Shown here: in pieces, positions 28,591 to 37,905 of the stretch
Layout: each line of letters opens with the position of its first letter
Position numbering within the stretch: position 1 is the first letter of the stretch
NCBI GenBank assembly: GCA_014238095.1
Contig: JABABT010000017.1
Location: 1-61,482, forward strand
Length of the DNA stretch: 61,482 bases
Reading direction: 5' to 3'
DNA from: Candidatus Aenigmatarchaeota archaeon
GTDB taxonomy: Archaea > Aenigmatarchaeota > Aenigmatarchaeia > CG10238-14 > SCSR01
The notes under the pieces: generated by a model
The model's database searches: none
What the model saw: only the letters and a program-made list of their open reading frames with translations
Told to the model about the DNA's origin: nothing
Made by a program: the position numbers and the translations under genes

Positions 28591-30459
28591 ATGGAAATAT
28601 TAAATAAAATAAAAGAATTACTTCCAGAAAATGTTATAACAAGAGTAGAATTAGAAGGGTCAGAGATAATTGCATATACAAAAGATAAGAAATTTTTTCA
28701 AAATTATGAAGAAGATGTAAAAAAAGTTGTTTCTCAAATTAAAAAAAGGATAGAAATGCGTCCTGAAAAAAATCTAAATATGGATCAGGAATTTACTAAA
28801 GAAAAAATTAAAGAAATTGTTTCTGAAGATGCAAAAATAAATAATATTTATTTTGAACCTGAAAGAAGTTTAGTAGTTATTGTTGCAGAAAAACCAGGAA
28901 TGGTAATTGGGAGAGGAGGAGAATTATTTAAAAAAATTAGGACAGAAACATTTTGGGTTCCAAGAATTGAAAGAGTACCATCCGTAAAATCAGATATTGT
29001 AATGGGAATTAGAAAATATATGCATGAAAATGTTAATTATAGAAAAAAGTTTCTAAATAGAGTAGGAGAAAATATTTTCAAAAAAAATGAAACTAGTAGA
29101 AATTGGATTAGAATTATTGGTTTAGGTGGTTGGAGAGAAGTTGGGAGAAGTTGTTCATTAATTGAAACTCCAAAATCTAAAATTATGATTGATTGTGGAG
29201 TAAAGGCTGGTGCAACAGGATCAGAAATTGCTCCAATATTAAATGCGTCTGAATTTAATTATAGTGACTTAGATGCTATAGTAATTTCACATTCTCATAT
29301 GGATCATGTTGGATTTGTTCCAGCACTTTATGAATATGGTTTTGATGGTCCAATATATATGACAACACCTAGTTTGGATTTAGCAACTTTACTTTGGTTT
29401 GATTTTATTGATGTTATGCAGAAAGGAATTACTAAACCATTATTTACTGCAAAAGGTGTTAAAGAAGCTGTTAAACATGCAATAACTCTTGATTATGGAG
29501 AAGTTTCTGATATCGCACCTGATATTAGACTTACATTCCAACCATCAGGACATATATTAGGATCTGCGTTCCCACATTTACATATTGGTGAGGGTCAACA
29601 TAATATTCTTTATGCACTTGATCAAAAATTTGGAAGAACAATGATGTTAGATCCTTCTTATACAGACTTTCCTAGAGCTGAAACAATTTTAATTGAATCT
29701 ACTTATGGAAGTTATAGAAATGTTTTCCCACCAAGATATGAAACTGAAAAAATTTTCATGGATGCTGTAAACAAAACAATGGAAAGAGGTGGAAAAGTAA
29801 TAATACCATCTTTTGCTGTTGAACGTGCACAAGAAGCAATGGCAATTTTAATTGATAATGGATTTAAATATCCTATTTATTTAGATGGAATGATTTGGGA
29901 TGCAAATGGAATATTTAGTGCTTATCCTGAATACATGTCAAGAACTATGCAAAAGAAAATTTATAATGGAGAAGACCCATTTGCAAGTCCATTAATGAAA
30001 AGAATTTCTTCACATAATGATAGGGAGAAATTATGGGATAGTAATGATCCATGTGTAATTATATCAACAAGTGGTATGTTAACTGGTGGTCCTGTATTAG
30101 ATCATATGAAAAATTTAGGTGAAAATTCAAAAAACACATTAATGTTTATTGGTTATCAATCATCTGTTTCATTAGGAAGGAGAATACAAGAAGGTTATAA
30201 AGAAATACCAATACAAATAGGTTCTAAAATTATTAATCAAAAATTGAATATGGAAGTTGTAACTGTTGAAGGGCTTTCTGGACATAGTGATAGAAAACAA
30301 TTAATGGCATTCCTTAATAGATTACCATGTAATCCTGAACGTGTAATATGTGTTCATGGTGAATCTTCACGTGCGGCTGAATTTGCAGGTGATATTAGTA
30401 AAATATTTGGAGTAGATTCATTTGCTCCAAAAAATCTTGAAGCAATTCGTTTAAAATAA
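28591..30459 (+). CDS. aCPSF1-type KH + beta-CASP metallo-beta-lactamase ribonuclease
   Basis: 622 aa. N-terminal KH 'MVIGRGGELFKKI', MBL motif 'ISHSHMDHVG', and a beta-CASP C-terminus '...GLSGHSD...CVHGE'. Confidence 0.9.
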   Translation: MEILNKIKELLPENVITRVELEGSEIIAYTKDKKFFQNYEEDVKKVVSQIKKRIEMRPEKNLNMDQEFTKEKIKEIVSEDAKINNIYFEPERSLVVIVAEKPGMVIGRGGELFKKIRTETFWVPRIERVPSVKSDIVMGIRKYMHENVNYRKKFLNRVGENIFKKNETSRNWIRIIGLGGWREVGRSCSLIETPKSKIMIDCGVKAGATGSEIAPILNASEFNYSDLDAIVISHSHMDHVGFVPALYEYGFDGPIYMTTPSLDLATLLWFDFIDVMQKGITKPLFTAKGVKEAVKHAITLDYGEVSDIAPDIRLTFQPSGHILGSAFPHLHIGEGQHNILYALDQKFGRTMMLDPSYTDFPRAETILIESTYGSYRNVFPPRYETEKIFMDAVNKTMERGGKVIIPSFAVERAQEAMAILIDNGFKYPIYLDGMIWDANGIFSAYPEYMSRTMQKKIYNGEDPFASPLMKRISSHNDREKLWDSNDPCVIISTSGMLTGGPVLDHMKNLGENSKNTLMFIGYQSSVSLGRRIQEGYKEIPIQIGSKIINQKLNMEVVTVEGLSGHSDRKQLMAFLNRLPCNPERVICVHGESSRAAEFAGDISKIFGVDSFAPKNLEAIRLK

Positions 30460-31806
30460 TTAAAATGGTTGAGATAAATCTAGATTAAAAGTATAAATTT
30501 CAAATAAATCTCTATTAACAATATTTATATATGGAACAACAACTCCTTTCTTTTGACTAATTTGTATTGGATTAAAATTTGATGAAGTAAAAATTGAAGA
30601 AGCTATAAGTAACCTTTTATCATGAGTAAATGATTCTTCTAAAATTCCATTTTCTGAATTTTTTTCTATAAATTTTTCATGTATCCAAATTGCTGATGAT
30701 TTTCCAATTTTATTAAATGTAATATAAGAAATATTAAAACTACTTTCAGCAAATAAAAAATTGCTTGCAGTTGTTGTTCTAAAATTTAAATTAGATTGTA
30801 TATTAAAAGAATAACTATTATCTAAAATAGAAACAAACATTCTACCAGAAAGTTTATTTATTTCAACATAATTTAATAAAAATGATTTTCCATTTGTTCC
30901 TAATATAGTAAAATCATCTAATTCTTTTAATATAATATTAGGATTTGGATTTAATGGATCTGGATTTATATAAATACCATTATTACTTGAACAAGTCCAA
31001 AATTCTATATCATTCATCTCAATACTAAATGTACCTCTAGGAAATGGTTCATTTGGTGTATCTAAACAGTTTTCTATATTTGAATTTATAATTGGTGGTC
31101 TATTTGTATCATTTATTCTTGTTCTAACTTCTATTGGTATATTATAAAAATATTTATGAAATTTATATACTGGAGAGGTTATATCTGGTTGTAATATTAA
31201 GGATATTGGTGTGTTAACACTTCCTTCATCATACCATTCTATTCCAAATATTTTTTTTTTTTTTTTATCTAAATTAGAATTATCTGATATTAATATTACA
31301 CCATTACCTTCATTTATATAATCATTTAATGAATTTTCATAAATTTCTAAATTTAATGTTCTATCATCATCCCATATTAAAAGTACATCAGATTTTTGTA
31401 TTGAATCAAGTTCTGTTTTTATAAATGTAATTCTTATATCTCTTTCATTAATCTTAAATTCATTTATATATAATCTTAAATCTCCGACTAATTTATCAGT
31501 ACATTTACATGCAACAATTATTTCATTTTTTATAGATCCTTCTATATAAGATGAAACAATTAAATTATTTTCTAAATTTAATTTATTATATATAAAATCT
31601 TGTAATTCAACATTATTTCCTATAAATTGATTCATAAGTCCAATTTTATCTATTGTTATTAAAATATCTCTTGCATTTATTATCAAATTAGCTTCAGACC
31701 ATTTATTACCATAAACAGTTTCTGGGAAAAATAAACTAAAAGTTACGAATAATATTATAATTATAGTAATCATTTCAATTACTGGTATTTGTCCTTTTAT
31801 TGCCAT
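30460..31806 (-). CDS. large type IV pilin-like protein (class III signal peptide, KGQ type)
   Basis: 448 aa. The N-terminus 'MAIKGQIPVIEMITIIIILFVTFSLFF' is followed by a large unrecognised domain. The gene contains the A16 tract that encodes KKKKK. Confidence 0.65.
   Translation of the reverse strand: MAIKGQIPVIEMITIIIILFVTFSLFFPETVYGNKWSEANLIINARDILITIDKIGLMNQFIGNNVELQDFIYNKLNLENNLIVSSYIEGSIKNEIIVACKCTDKLVGDLRLYINEFKINERDIRITFIKTELDSIQKSDVLLIWDDDRTLNLEIYENSLNDYINEGNGVILISDNSNLDKKKKKIFGIEWYDEGSVNTPISLILQPDITSPVYKFHKYFYNIPIEVRTRINDTNRPPIINSNIENCLDTPNEPFPRGTFSIEMNDIEFWTCSSNNGIYINPDPLNPNPNIILKELDDFTILGTNGKSFLLNYVEINKLSGRMFVSILDNSYSFNIQSNLNFRTTTASNFLFAESSFNISYITFNKIGKSSAIWIHEKFIEKNSENGILEESFTHDKRLLIASSIFTSSNFNPIQISQKKGVVVPYINIVNRDLFEIYTFNLDLSQPF
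31251..31266. repeat. 16-nt homopolymer (A16 on the coding strand) inside the pilin-like gene
   Basis: Counted: T at 31251-31266. On the minus strand it reads GAT-A16-TATTTGG, which encodes D-KKKKK-IFG. Confidence 0.9.
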
Positions 31807-32366
31807 ACTTGTAATTTCAACTCCCCATAATTTCCATTATCAAATGTTACAATTCTATCAATAGATACTACAAAACTAGAAACTATAGGTCTACCTATTG
31901 TTGTGTCTATATTTTTTGGATGACAATTATTTAATAATATTTCATTATTCAATTTATCTGTTATTATAATTGAAAAATCCAAATTTGTTCCTATTTTTTC
32001 AGTTACTTTTTCATATCCTATACCACCTAATGTTGTATCACATAATTCCATTAATCTATTTATTTTATTTAATGATAAATAATTTCTTTCATTAAGAAAA
32101 TAATTTGTCTTTGTTGCTTGTATATTAGACAAACCAATTCTTTGAATATATTCTGAATCTAATTTAAAAAAATTCCAATTTTCTGGATATCCGGGATCAT
32201 TAATTAAAATTTCAGAAATTTGATATGCTTTTGAACGAATTTCTTGTTCTTCAATTTGTCCTATAAATTTAGGAACTATATTTGTTATTTCAAATAAGAA
32301 ATAAATTACAAAAAAAATGAAAATTACTATAGCTATAATATAATCTATAGATATTTGACCTTTCAT
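31797..32366 (-). CDS. type IV pilin-like protein (KGQ class III signal peptide)
   Basis: 189 aa. 'MKGQISIDYIIAIVIFIFFVIYFLF' has a Q-x-S-x-D start like DUF361/Epd-type pilins. It overlaps the next gene by 10 nt. Confidence 0.7.
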   Translation of the reverse strand: MKGQISIDYIIAIVIFIFFVIYFLFEITNIVPKFIGQIEEQEIRSKAYQISEILINDPGYPENWNFFKLDSEYIQRIGLSNIQATKTNYFLNERNYLSLNKINRLMELCDTTLGGIGYEKVTEKIGTNLDFSIIITDKLNNEILLNNCHPKNIDTTIGRPIVSSFVVSIDRIVTFDNGNYGELKLQVWQ

Positions 32367-32367
32367 T

Positions 32368-33429
32368 TTAAATTCCCAAGAAACCTAATTGAATCAATAT
32401 AAGGAATGCTCCTATAGTTATTCCTGCTAATATTATACTATGTTTTAGTCCTGCTTTTACATTACCTTCACTCATTTGACCAGCAACTAATCCAGAAAAT
32501 ATAGATTGTATCAAAGACATCATAAAGAATAATGATGTATAATAAACTGAGATATTTCGTAATGTTTCTGTTTCATTCTTAAGTTTACAAATATTCTCAA
32601 CTTGATTACTTGGGGCTAATAAACATTTATATATCGTATTATAAATCCAACAAACATTTTCTTCAAAACCAAAAGGATTATTACATGGATTATCTAATTG
32701 TATTAAATTTGAAAGACCTGCTTCAGAATCCTGTCCTGATTGAAATACAGGTAATAAAAATTTATTTATTGCAGCAACTATTACAATAAATATTATAGAT
32801 ATAGCATACATAAGTAAAACATATTGACTTAATAATGCTTTTTTCTCTTTATTTATTTCTTGTAAATTATTTACATTTTCTGCTACTGATTCAAGAGTTG
32901 ATGTTACTTCTCCTCCAGATATAAAAGACTCTTTAATTATTTTTATTGAAGTTGATAATCTCTTACTTTCTTTCATTCTATTTGCAAATCTTGTAAGAAC
33001 TTTATCAAGTGGAATACCCCAACTTAATTGATTTGACATTTTATTTATTTCAGGTGAAAGTGCTCCATAATTATTTTTTGATGTAATTGCAAGTGCTTGA
33101 TGAAATGGAACACCAGATCTAATTGATTCTGTTAAATCATATAATAAATTTGGGAATTTTTCTTCCATTTCTTGAATATTTCTAAATTTCTTATAAACTG
33201 ATAATACAATAGGAATTATATTTATAAAAACAGTCATAATTATTAATATTCCTAAAGCTCCATGGTTACCTGTAATAAAACCGAGAAAAATAAATAATAT
33301 AGAAAATGATAATGTAATTAGAAGAATATGTTTCAGATTTGAAAAATCTGGGAATTTTTTTTTCTTAGATTTATTTTCATTTTTATTTTTCATTATTTTG
33401 GGTTTTTGGTTTTTATTTTTTCCTAACAA
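32368..33429 (-). CDS. type II secretion system F-domain platform protein (TadC-like)
   Basis: 353 aa. Lys-rich N-terminus, then a TM pair, a helical cytoplasmic domain ('LLYDLTESIRSGVPFHQAL', 'GGEVTSTLESVAE') and further TMs. A ~65-aa loop carries 4 Cys. Confidence 0.7.
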   Translation of the reverse strand: MLGKNKNQKPKIMKNKNENKSKKKKFPDFSNLKHILLITLSFSILFIFLGFITGNHGALGILIIMTVFINIIPIVLSVYKKFRNIQEMEEKFPNLLYDLTESIRSGVPFHQALAITSKNNYGALSPEINKMSNQLSWGIPLDKVLTRFANRMKESKRLSTSIKIIKESFISGGEVTSTLESVAENVNNLQEINKEKKALLSQYVLLMYAISIIFIVIVAAINKFLLPVFQSGQDSEAGLSNLIQLDNPCNNPFGFEENVCWIYNTIYKCLLAPSNQVENICKLKNETETLRNISVYYTSLFFMMSLIQSIFSGLVAGQMSEGNVKAGLKHSIILAGITIGAFLILIQLGFLGI

Positions 33430-33430
33430 T

Positions 33431-34300
33431 TTATTCCTCTCCTGGTGTTGATGATTTAATTAAATAAATAAACATAATTGAAATTAATGGCATAAATAAG
33501 AAAATTAATATGAATTGTAGAATAATAATATCTTCACCACCACCACCTATTGCAGAAATTATTGCTGTTAATATTGTGAAAAAAATAGCACCAAGTATTA
33601 TAGCTGTTAAATAAATTTCTATAAAAAGTGTAAGTGTATTTGAAAATTCATGAAGTTTTCTTTTATATTCGTTCATAAAATTTATAGATTTTTGTTTTAG
33701 GTAAATATTCATATCACCACCGGCTCTTATTGTAGATAATAATCCATACAAAAGTTCTGAAAAATTTTTACTCGGTGATCTTTCTACTGCACGTTCAAGA
33801 GCAGTTATTATATCAAGTCCAAAAAGTTTTGTATCATTATTTATATTATTAATTTGTTTTTTTATTTCTCCATATGATGAAAATTTTGTGAATATATTTA
33901 GAGTTTTGAATAAAGGTAATTTTGAACTTGATATTGTAGCAAGATATAATAATGCAAATGGTAATGAATTATTTAAATTACTTTCTTTTGATTTAATTAT
34001 AGATAATGGATATTTTATCATACCAAAAAATAAACCAACTGATGCTACTAAACCAGATAAAATTGCAAAAAGAATTGAAAATAAAATATCCTTAACTAAA
34101 ATTGTAAATAATAAAGAAAATACTGGAATAAATAAAATTAATGCAATTAATGAAATAAGCATAGACATACTTAAATATTCTTGAGTAGTATAAGGCATAT
34201 CTGATTTTTTTAATATTTTTTTTAAATCAGGAAAAAAAATCATAAAATGTTTTGTATATTCTCTAAATATCCTAAAAGCAAAATTCTGAAAACTAGACAT
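33431..34300 (-). CDS. type II secretion system F-domain platform protein (TadB-like)
   Basis: 289 aa and polytopic. The cytoplasmic helical domain 'LLYGLLSTIRAGGDMNIYL' is flanked by TM helices. Confidence 0.7.
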   Translation of the reverse strand: MSSFQNFAFRIFREYTKHFMIFFPDLKKILKKSDMPYTTQEYLSMSMLISLIALILFIPVFSLLFTILVKDILFSILFAILSGLVASVGLFFGMIKYPLSIIKSKESNLNNSLPFALLYLATISSSKLPLFKTLNIFTKFSSYGEIKKQINNINNDTKLFGLDIITALERAVERSPSKNFSELLYGLLSTIRAGGDMNIYLKQKSINFMNEYKRKLHEFSNTLTLFIEIYLTAIILGAIFFTILTAIISAIGGGGEDIIILQFILIFLFMPLISIMFIYLIKSSTPGEE

Positions 34301-36214
34301 TTAAGTATCTCCATATATAATTGACAAAATTTTATTTGGAAAATTATAATACATATTTATTATTTTATATACCTGATCATAATCTTTAATTCCTCTTTGA
34401 TGTAACCATTTTAGAATTGTTATCCTTCTTTTTAACTCTTCAAGTATTTCCTTTTTACCCATTCCTGTTAATCTTGTAATCTTTTTTAATAAAATAGATT
34501 TCTTAACTGTTTCTATATAATCCTTCTCAGAATTCCATTTGAAAACTGTATTTACATTTGGTCTTGATTTATTTGGTTGGAATGTTATCATTTCAACAAT
34601 TGCAGTTGATCTTCTAACAAATTTATTACGATATTTTACACGTGTTAAAAATACAATAAGATCTAAACTTCCTACTAAACTTTTTGGTAAAGAAATTGGG
34701 GCTGTTGTTAATCTATTTACAAGTTTTTCTATATTATCTGCGTGTATTGTTGCATAAGATGGATGACCAGTAGCCATTTGTTGGAATAGAACAGCTGCCT
34801 CTTTACCTCTTACTTCTCCTACAATAATATAATCTGGTCTTTGTCTTAAACTTTCTTTTAGAAGTGCAAACATATCAACTTGACCTCCTTCAACATTTAT
34901 ATCAGATGTTGTTGTTCTAGCAACAGTTGGTACCCAATGTGGATGGGGTAATCTTAATTCTCCTGTATCTTCAATTGATATTATTTTTTTATCTGGTCTT
35001 ATAAAAATTGATATAGCATTCAAAAAACTTGTTTTTCCAGATGCTGTTCCACCAGAAACAAGAATACTTCTTCCATAATCTATAGCCATCCAAATATAAG
35101 CCATTGATTTTATATCAAGTGTACCATATTCAATTAAATGAATTGGTGTCATTGATTCTTTAGTGAATTTTCTAATAGTAAAATTACTTCCTTTCCTTGC
35201 AATATCTGTTGCTAATGTTGCTTGTAATCTACTCCCATCTCTAAGTATTCCATCAAGTAATGGACGTGCAACTGATATTGATTTTCCAGAAAGTTGAGCC
35301 AATTTAGTAATAAAAGAGTCGAGTTCTTCATCTGTATCAAATTTTACATTAGTCATTATTGATCCTATTTTTGGATTTCTATGAAATATAAAAATTGGAA
35401 TACCAAGACCATCACAACTAATATCTTCTATTTGATTATCATGCATTAAAGGTTCTATTTTACCAAGACCCATAAAATCTCTTTCTATGAAATATTGTAA
35501 AATATTTTTTTCATTTTCATTTATATTGAATTTATAATAATTAATTAATTTCTCTATTTCAACCCTTAAATAATTTGATGCTTCAGAAACTTTTAATTTA
35601 GAAAAATCTACATCTAATTTTTCTTCTAAAAGTTCTTTTATTTTACCTAATGTTTTTTTAATATTTTCTGTCATTTTTGGCTCTATAACAGAATAAATAT
35701 ATCTATTTTGTTTGTCATTCCAATATATTTTAACATAAGAAAAAATTTTTTCGTCTTTTTTAGGTCTTTCAGGAATAAGAGGATAAATTATTGGTTTCAT
35801 TTTAGCTGAATCTGGACTAAATTCTGGCATATGAGATTCACTATTAATTTTAGGAATTTCATAACCCATTCCACTCATATCTTCAAAAATCTCATCCTCT
35901 TCTTCAATTGGTTTTGATTGATTATTTATAATATTAAAATTTTGTTGTGGAAGTGATTGGTTGGATATTCCTGTGTTTCCAGATATTATTGGTCTTGATG
36001 TTTGTGTATTTTGTAATTGTTGAGGTAATGTATTATTAATATTTAATGGTATTGTAACTGGTTTTATTACTGGTTTAATTATTATAGGAATTTTTCCCTC
36101 ACTTGTTTCTATTTCTGTTCTTTGTTCTTGTTGTTGCTCATTAAATAAATTATTTATATTTTTTGATTGGTATCCTTTTACCATTTTTTTAAATATTTTT
36201 TTACTTAATTTCAT
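34301..36214 (-). CDS. type II/IV secretion (FlaI/PilB/TadA/VirB11-family) ATPase with low-complexity N-terminal extension
   Basis: 637 aa. Walker A 'SGGTASGKTSFLNAI', 'IISIEDTGELRL', Walker B 'PDYIIVGEVRGKEA', His box 'MATGHPSYATIHA'. The first ~150 aa are Q/N/P/I-rich. Confidence 0.88.
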   Translation of the reverse strand: MKLSKKIFKKMVKGYQSKNINNLFNEQQQEQRTEIETSEGKIPIIIKPVIKPVTIPLNINNTLPQQLQNTQTSRPIISGNTGISNQSLPQQNFNIINNQSKPIEEEDEIFEDMSGMGYEIPKINSESHMPEFSPDSAKMKPIIYPLIPERPKKDEKIFSYVKIYWNDKQNRYIYSVIEPKMTENIKKTLGKIKELLEEKLDVDFSKLKVSEASNYLRVEIEKLINYYKFNINENEKNILQYFIERDFMGLGKIEPLMHDNQIEDISCDGLGIPIFIFHRNPKIGSIMTNVKFDTDEELDSFITKLAQLSGKSISVARPLLDGILRDGSRLQATLATDIARKGSNFTIRKFTKESMTPIHLIEYGTLDIKSMAYIWMAIDYGRSILVSGGTASGKTSFLNAISIFIRPDKKIISIEDTGELRLPHPHWVPTVARTTTSDINVEGGQVDMFALLKESLRQRPDYIIVGEVRGKEAAVLFQQMATGHPSYATIHADNIEKLVNRLTTAPISLPKSLVGSLDLIVFLTRVKYRNKFVRRSTAIVEMITFQPNKSRPNVNTVFKWNSEKDYIETVKKSILLKKITRLTGMGKKEILEELKRRITILKWLHQRGIKDYDQVYKIINMYYNFPNKILSIIYGDT

Positions 36215-36642
36215 TGTGAAACCTTTAATAAATTATTATTATTATTATAAGTTAATATTATTGGTTTATCTGAAATTACTGTACCTACTACTGTATTTCC
36301 TCTAAATAATTTATGATTTTCTGAAGAAGAATTAATTTTTGTTGGAAAAGTTGTTGTTGTTATTTTTTTATTTTTGAAATATAGTTGATTTAATGAATTT
36401 TTTGATGTATCTCTTAAATGTGTCAATATAATTATTTCATCACATCCATTACAACTTACGAATGAATTTACAGAAATTGCTGATATATAATTATTAATAA
36501 CTTTTCTATTTTCATTATTTAAATCTAAAGAAAATAAATCTAATCTATCACTAAATGTTCCGGATATAAGTATGAAAACTGCAAACCCTATAATGAAAAA
36601 TAATATAAATTGAATTATATGAGCTTGTCCTTTAATTATCAT
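36211..36642 (-). CDS. type IV pilin-like protein (KGQ class III signal peptide)
   Basis: 143 aa starting 'MIIKGQAHIIQFILFFIIGFAVFILI'. It overlaps the ATPase start by 4 nt. Confidence 0.7.
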   Translation of the reverse strand: MIIKGQAHIIQFILFFIIGFAVFILISGTFSDRLDLFSLDLNNENRKVINNYISAISVNSFVSCNGCDEIIILTHLRDTSKNSLNQLYFKNKKITTTTFPTKINSSSENHKLFRGNTVVGTVISDKPIILTYNNNNNLLKVSQ

Positions 36643-36695
36643 TGAAACTAAATAAATTTACATTTTTGAATTTAAATTTTTATTATTTTTTAAAT

Positions 36696-37355
36696 TTAAA
36701 TTAATAGAACTGTAATATCAGTAATAATTAATGTTTTAGAGTTAATTTGAGTTGTATTCCTTTTACTAAATTGTAATCTAATATTGTTATTATTTCCTCC
36801 AACAGATTCTAATCCAGCAGTATGTTTTTTTAAATCTATTCTAAATCCATTTTTTTTCTCAACATCTTCAAGTTCTCTTATATAAAGTTTATATGTAATA
36901 TCATAATAATCTGATGATGATGTAAATGTTTCTATACAAATAACACCTAATTCATCTAAACCAAGTATACCAGATTCAATTTTATTTGTATTTGGATTAA
37001 TTTGACATGAATCTCCAGTTAAAGAAACTATTCCTTGTGCATTACTAGCTACTCTACTTAATGTGTTGAAACTTATAGAATTTTCTGTTTCATTTAAAGT
37101 TAATACTCCTTCAGCATCAATTTTTATTGTATCCTGACCTCCATTATTTGCAATTAATTTTATTTTAGATGGAATTGAATTAATATTCGAGTTATCAAAT
37201 AATGCTTTTGTTCTATCATCAATTGCTCTATCTTGATTTTTCTGAATTAATGGTAAACCAAAATTTAATGCAACTGATAAAAGACCTATAGCAATAAGAA
37301 CAATTAATATGGATGCAATAATTTCAGACTGTCCTTTCATTATCATTTTAATCAA
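36696..37355 (-). CDS. type IV pilin-like protein (KGQ class III signal peptide)
   Basis: 219 aa starting 'MIKMIMKGQSEIIASILIVLIAIGLL'. The track start at 37355 is TTG; internal ATGs lie just downstream. Confidence 0.7.
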   Translation of the reverse strand: MIKMIMKGQSEIIASILIVLIAIGLLSVALNFGLPLIQKNQDRAIDDRTKALFDNSNINSIPSKIKLIANNGGQDTIKIDAEGVLTLNETENSISFNTLSRVASNAQGIVSLTGDSCQINPNTNKIESGILGLDELGVICIETFTSSSDYYDITYKLYIRELEDVEKKNGFRIDLKKHTAGLESVGGNNNNIRLQFSKRNTTQINSKTLIITDITVLLI

Positions 37356-37528
37356 ATACTATTTGGAGGAAATAAAGGTCTTCGTTGTCTCATCATTCCA
37401 GGTTTTGGAAATGGTTTCTTTATTTTCTTGTTCATATCTTCAATTGAATCAGTTAATTCTTTATTACTTTCTGCAATTTTCTTATTACTCTCAAGAATTT
37501 CTGTCATTTTTCCAATCATACTTTTCAT
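37352..37528 (-). CDS. small coiled-coil/basic protein (58 aa), below ORF-track cutoff
   Basis: My translation is MKSMIGKMTEILESNKKIAESNKELTDSIEDMNKKIKKPFPKPGMMRQRRPLFPPNSI. It fills the gap between two operon genes, and its stop overlaps the pilin start. Confidence 0.45.
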   Translation of the reverse strand: MKSMIGKMTEILESNKKIAESNKELTDSIEDMNKKIKKPFPKPGMMRQRRPLFPPNSI

Positions 37529-37537
37529 TTCTTCATT

Positions 37538-37870
37538 TTATTCATGTGAAGATTCTGGTTCAGTTGCTGATGATTTTATATAAGATATTAATTCATCTAA
37601 TTTACTAATCATATCCTCTAACCTAGAAGGTAATCTTGAAAGTTCAATTCTAAGTGCATCATTAGCTTTTGCAAGTTCATCTACAAGTTGTTGATTCATT
37701 CTAATAATTTCAACTAATTCATGATAAAAATCTTTAGAATCAAAATTAGAACGAGTACCTTCTATTGATTCTAATCTTTTCTCTATTTTTCTTAATGGAG
37801 AAATAGGAATCAATTCATATTCATGGTCATCGTTATTTTGTTCATTTTTATATTTTTTCATAGGAGTCAT
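37538..37870 (-). CDS. hypothetical coiled-coil protein, first gene of the pilus operon
   Basis: 110 aa with a heptad-like helical region 'LVEIIRMNQQLVDELAKANDALRIELSRLPSRLEDMISKLDELI'. No family recognised. Confidence 0.55.
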   Translation of the reverse strand: MTPMKKYKNEQNNDDHEYELIPISPLRKIEKRLESIEGTRSNFDSKDFYHELVEIIRMNQQLVDELAKANDALRIELSRLPSRLEDMISKLDELISYIKSSATEPESSHE

Positions 37871-37905
37871 TAAGTTAATTTGTGAATTATAATAAATAAA
37901 TGTTT

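Noticed and set aside
37309-37608. A 99-aa plus-strand ORF spanning the gap between two pilus-operon genes.
   Set aside because: It is antisense to the operon and its composition is low-complexity Leu/Phe/Ser/Tyr. The minus-strand 58-aa ORF fills the same gap in operon orientation, with a start/stop overlap.
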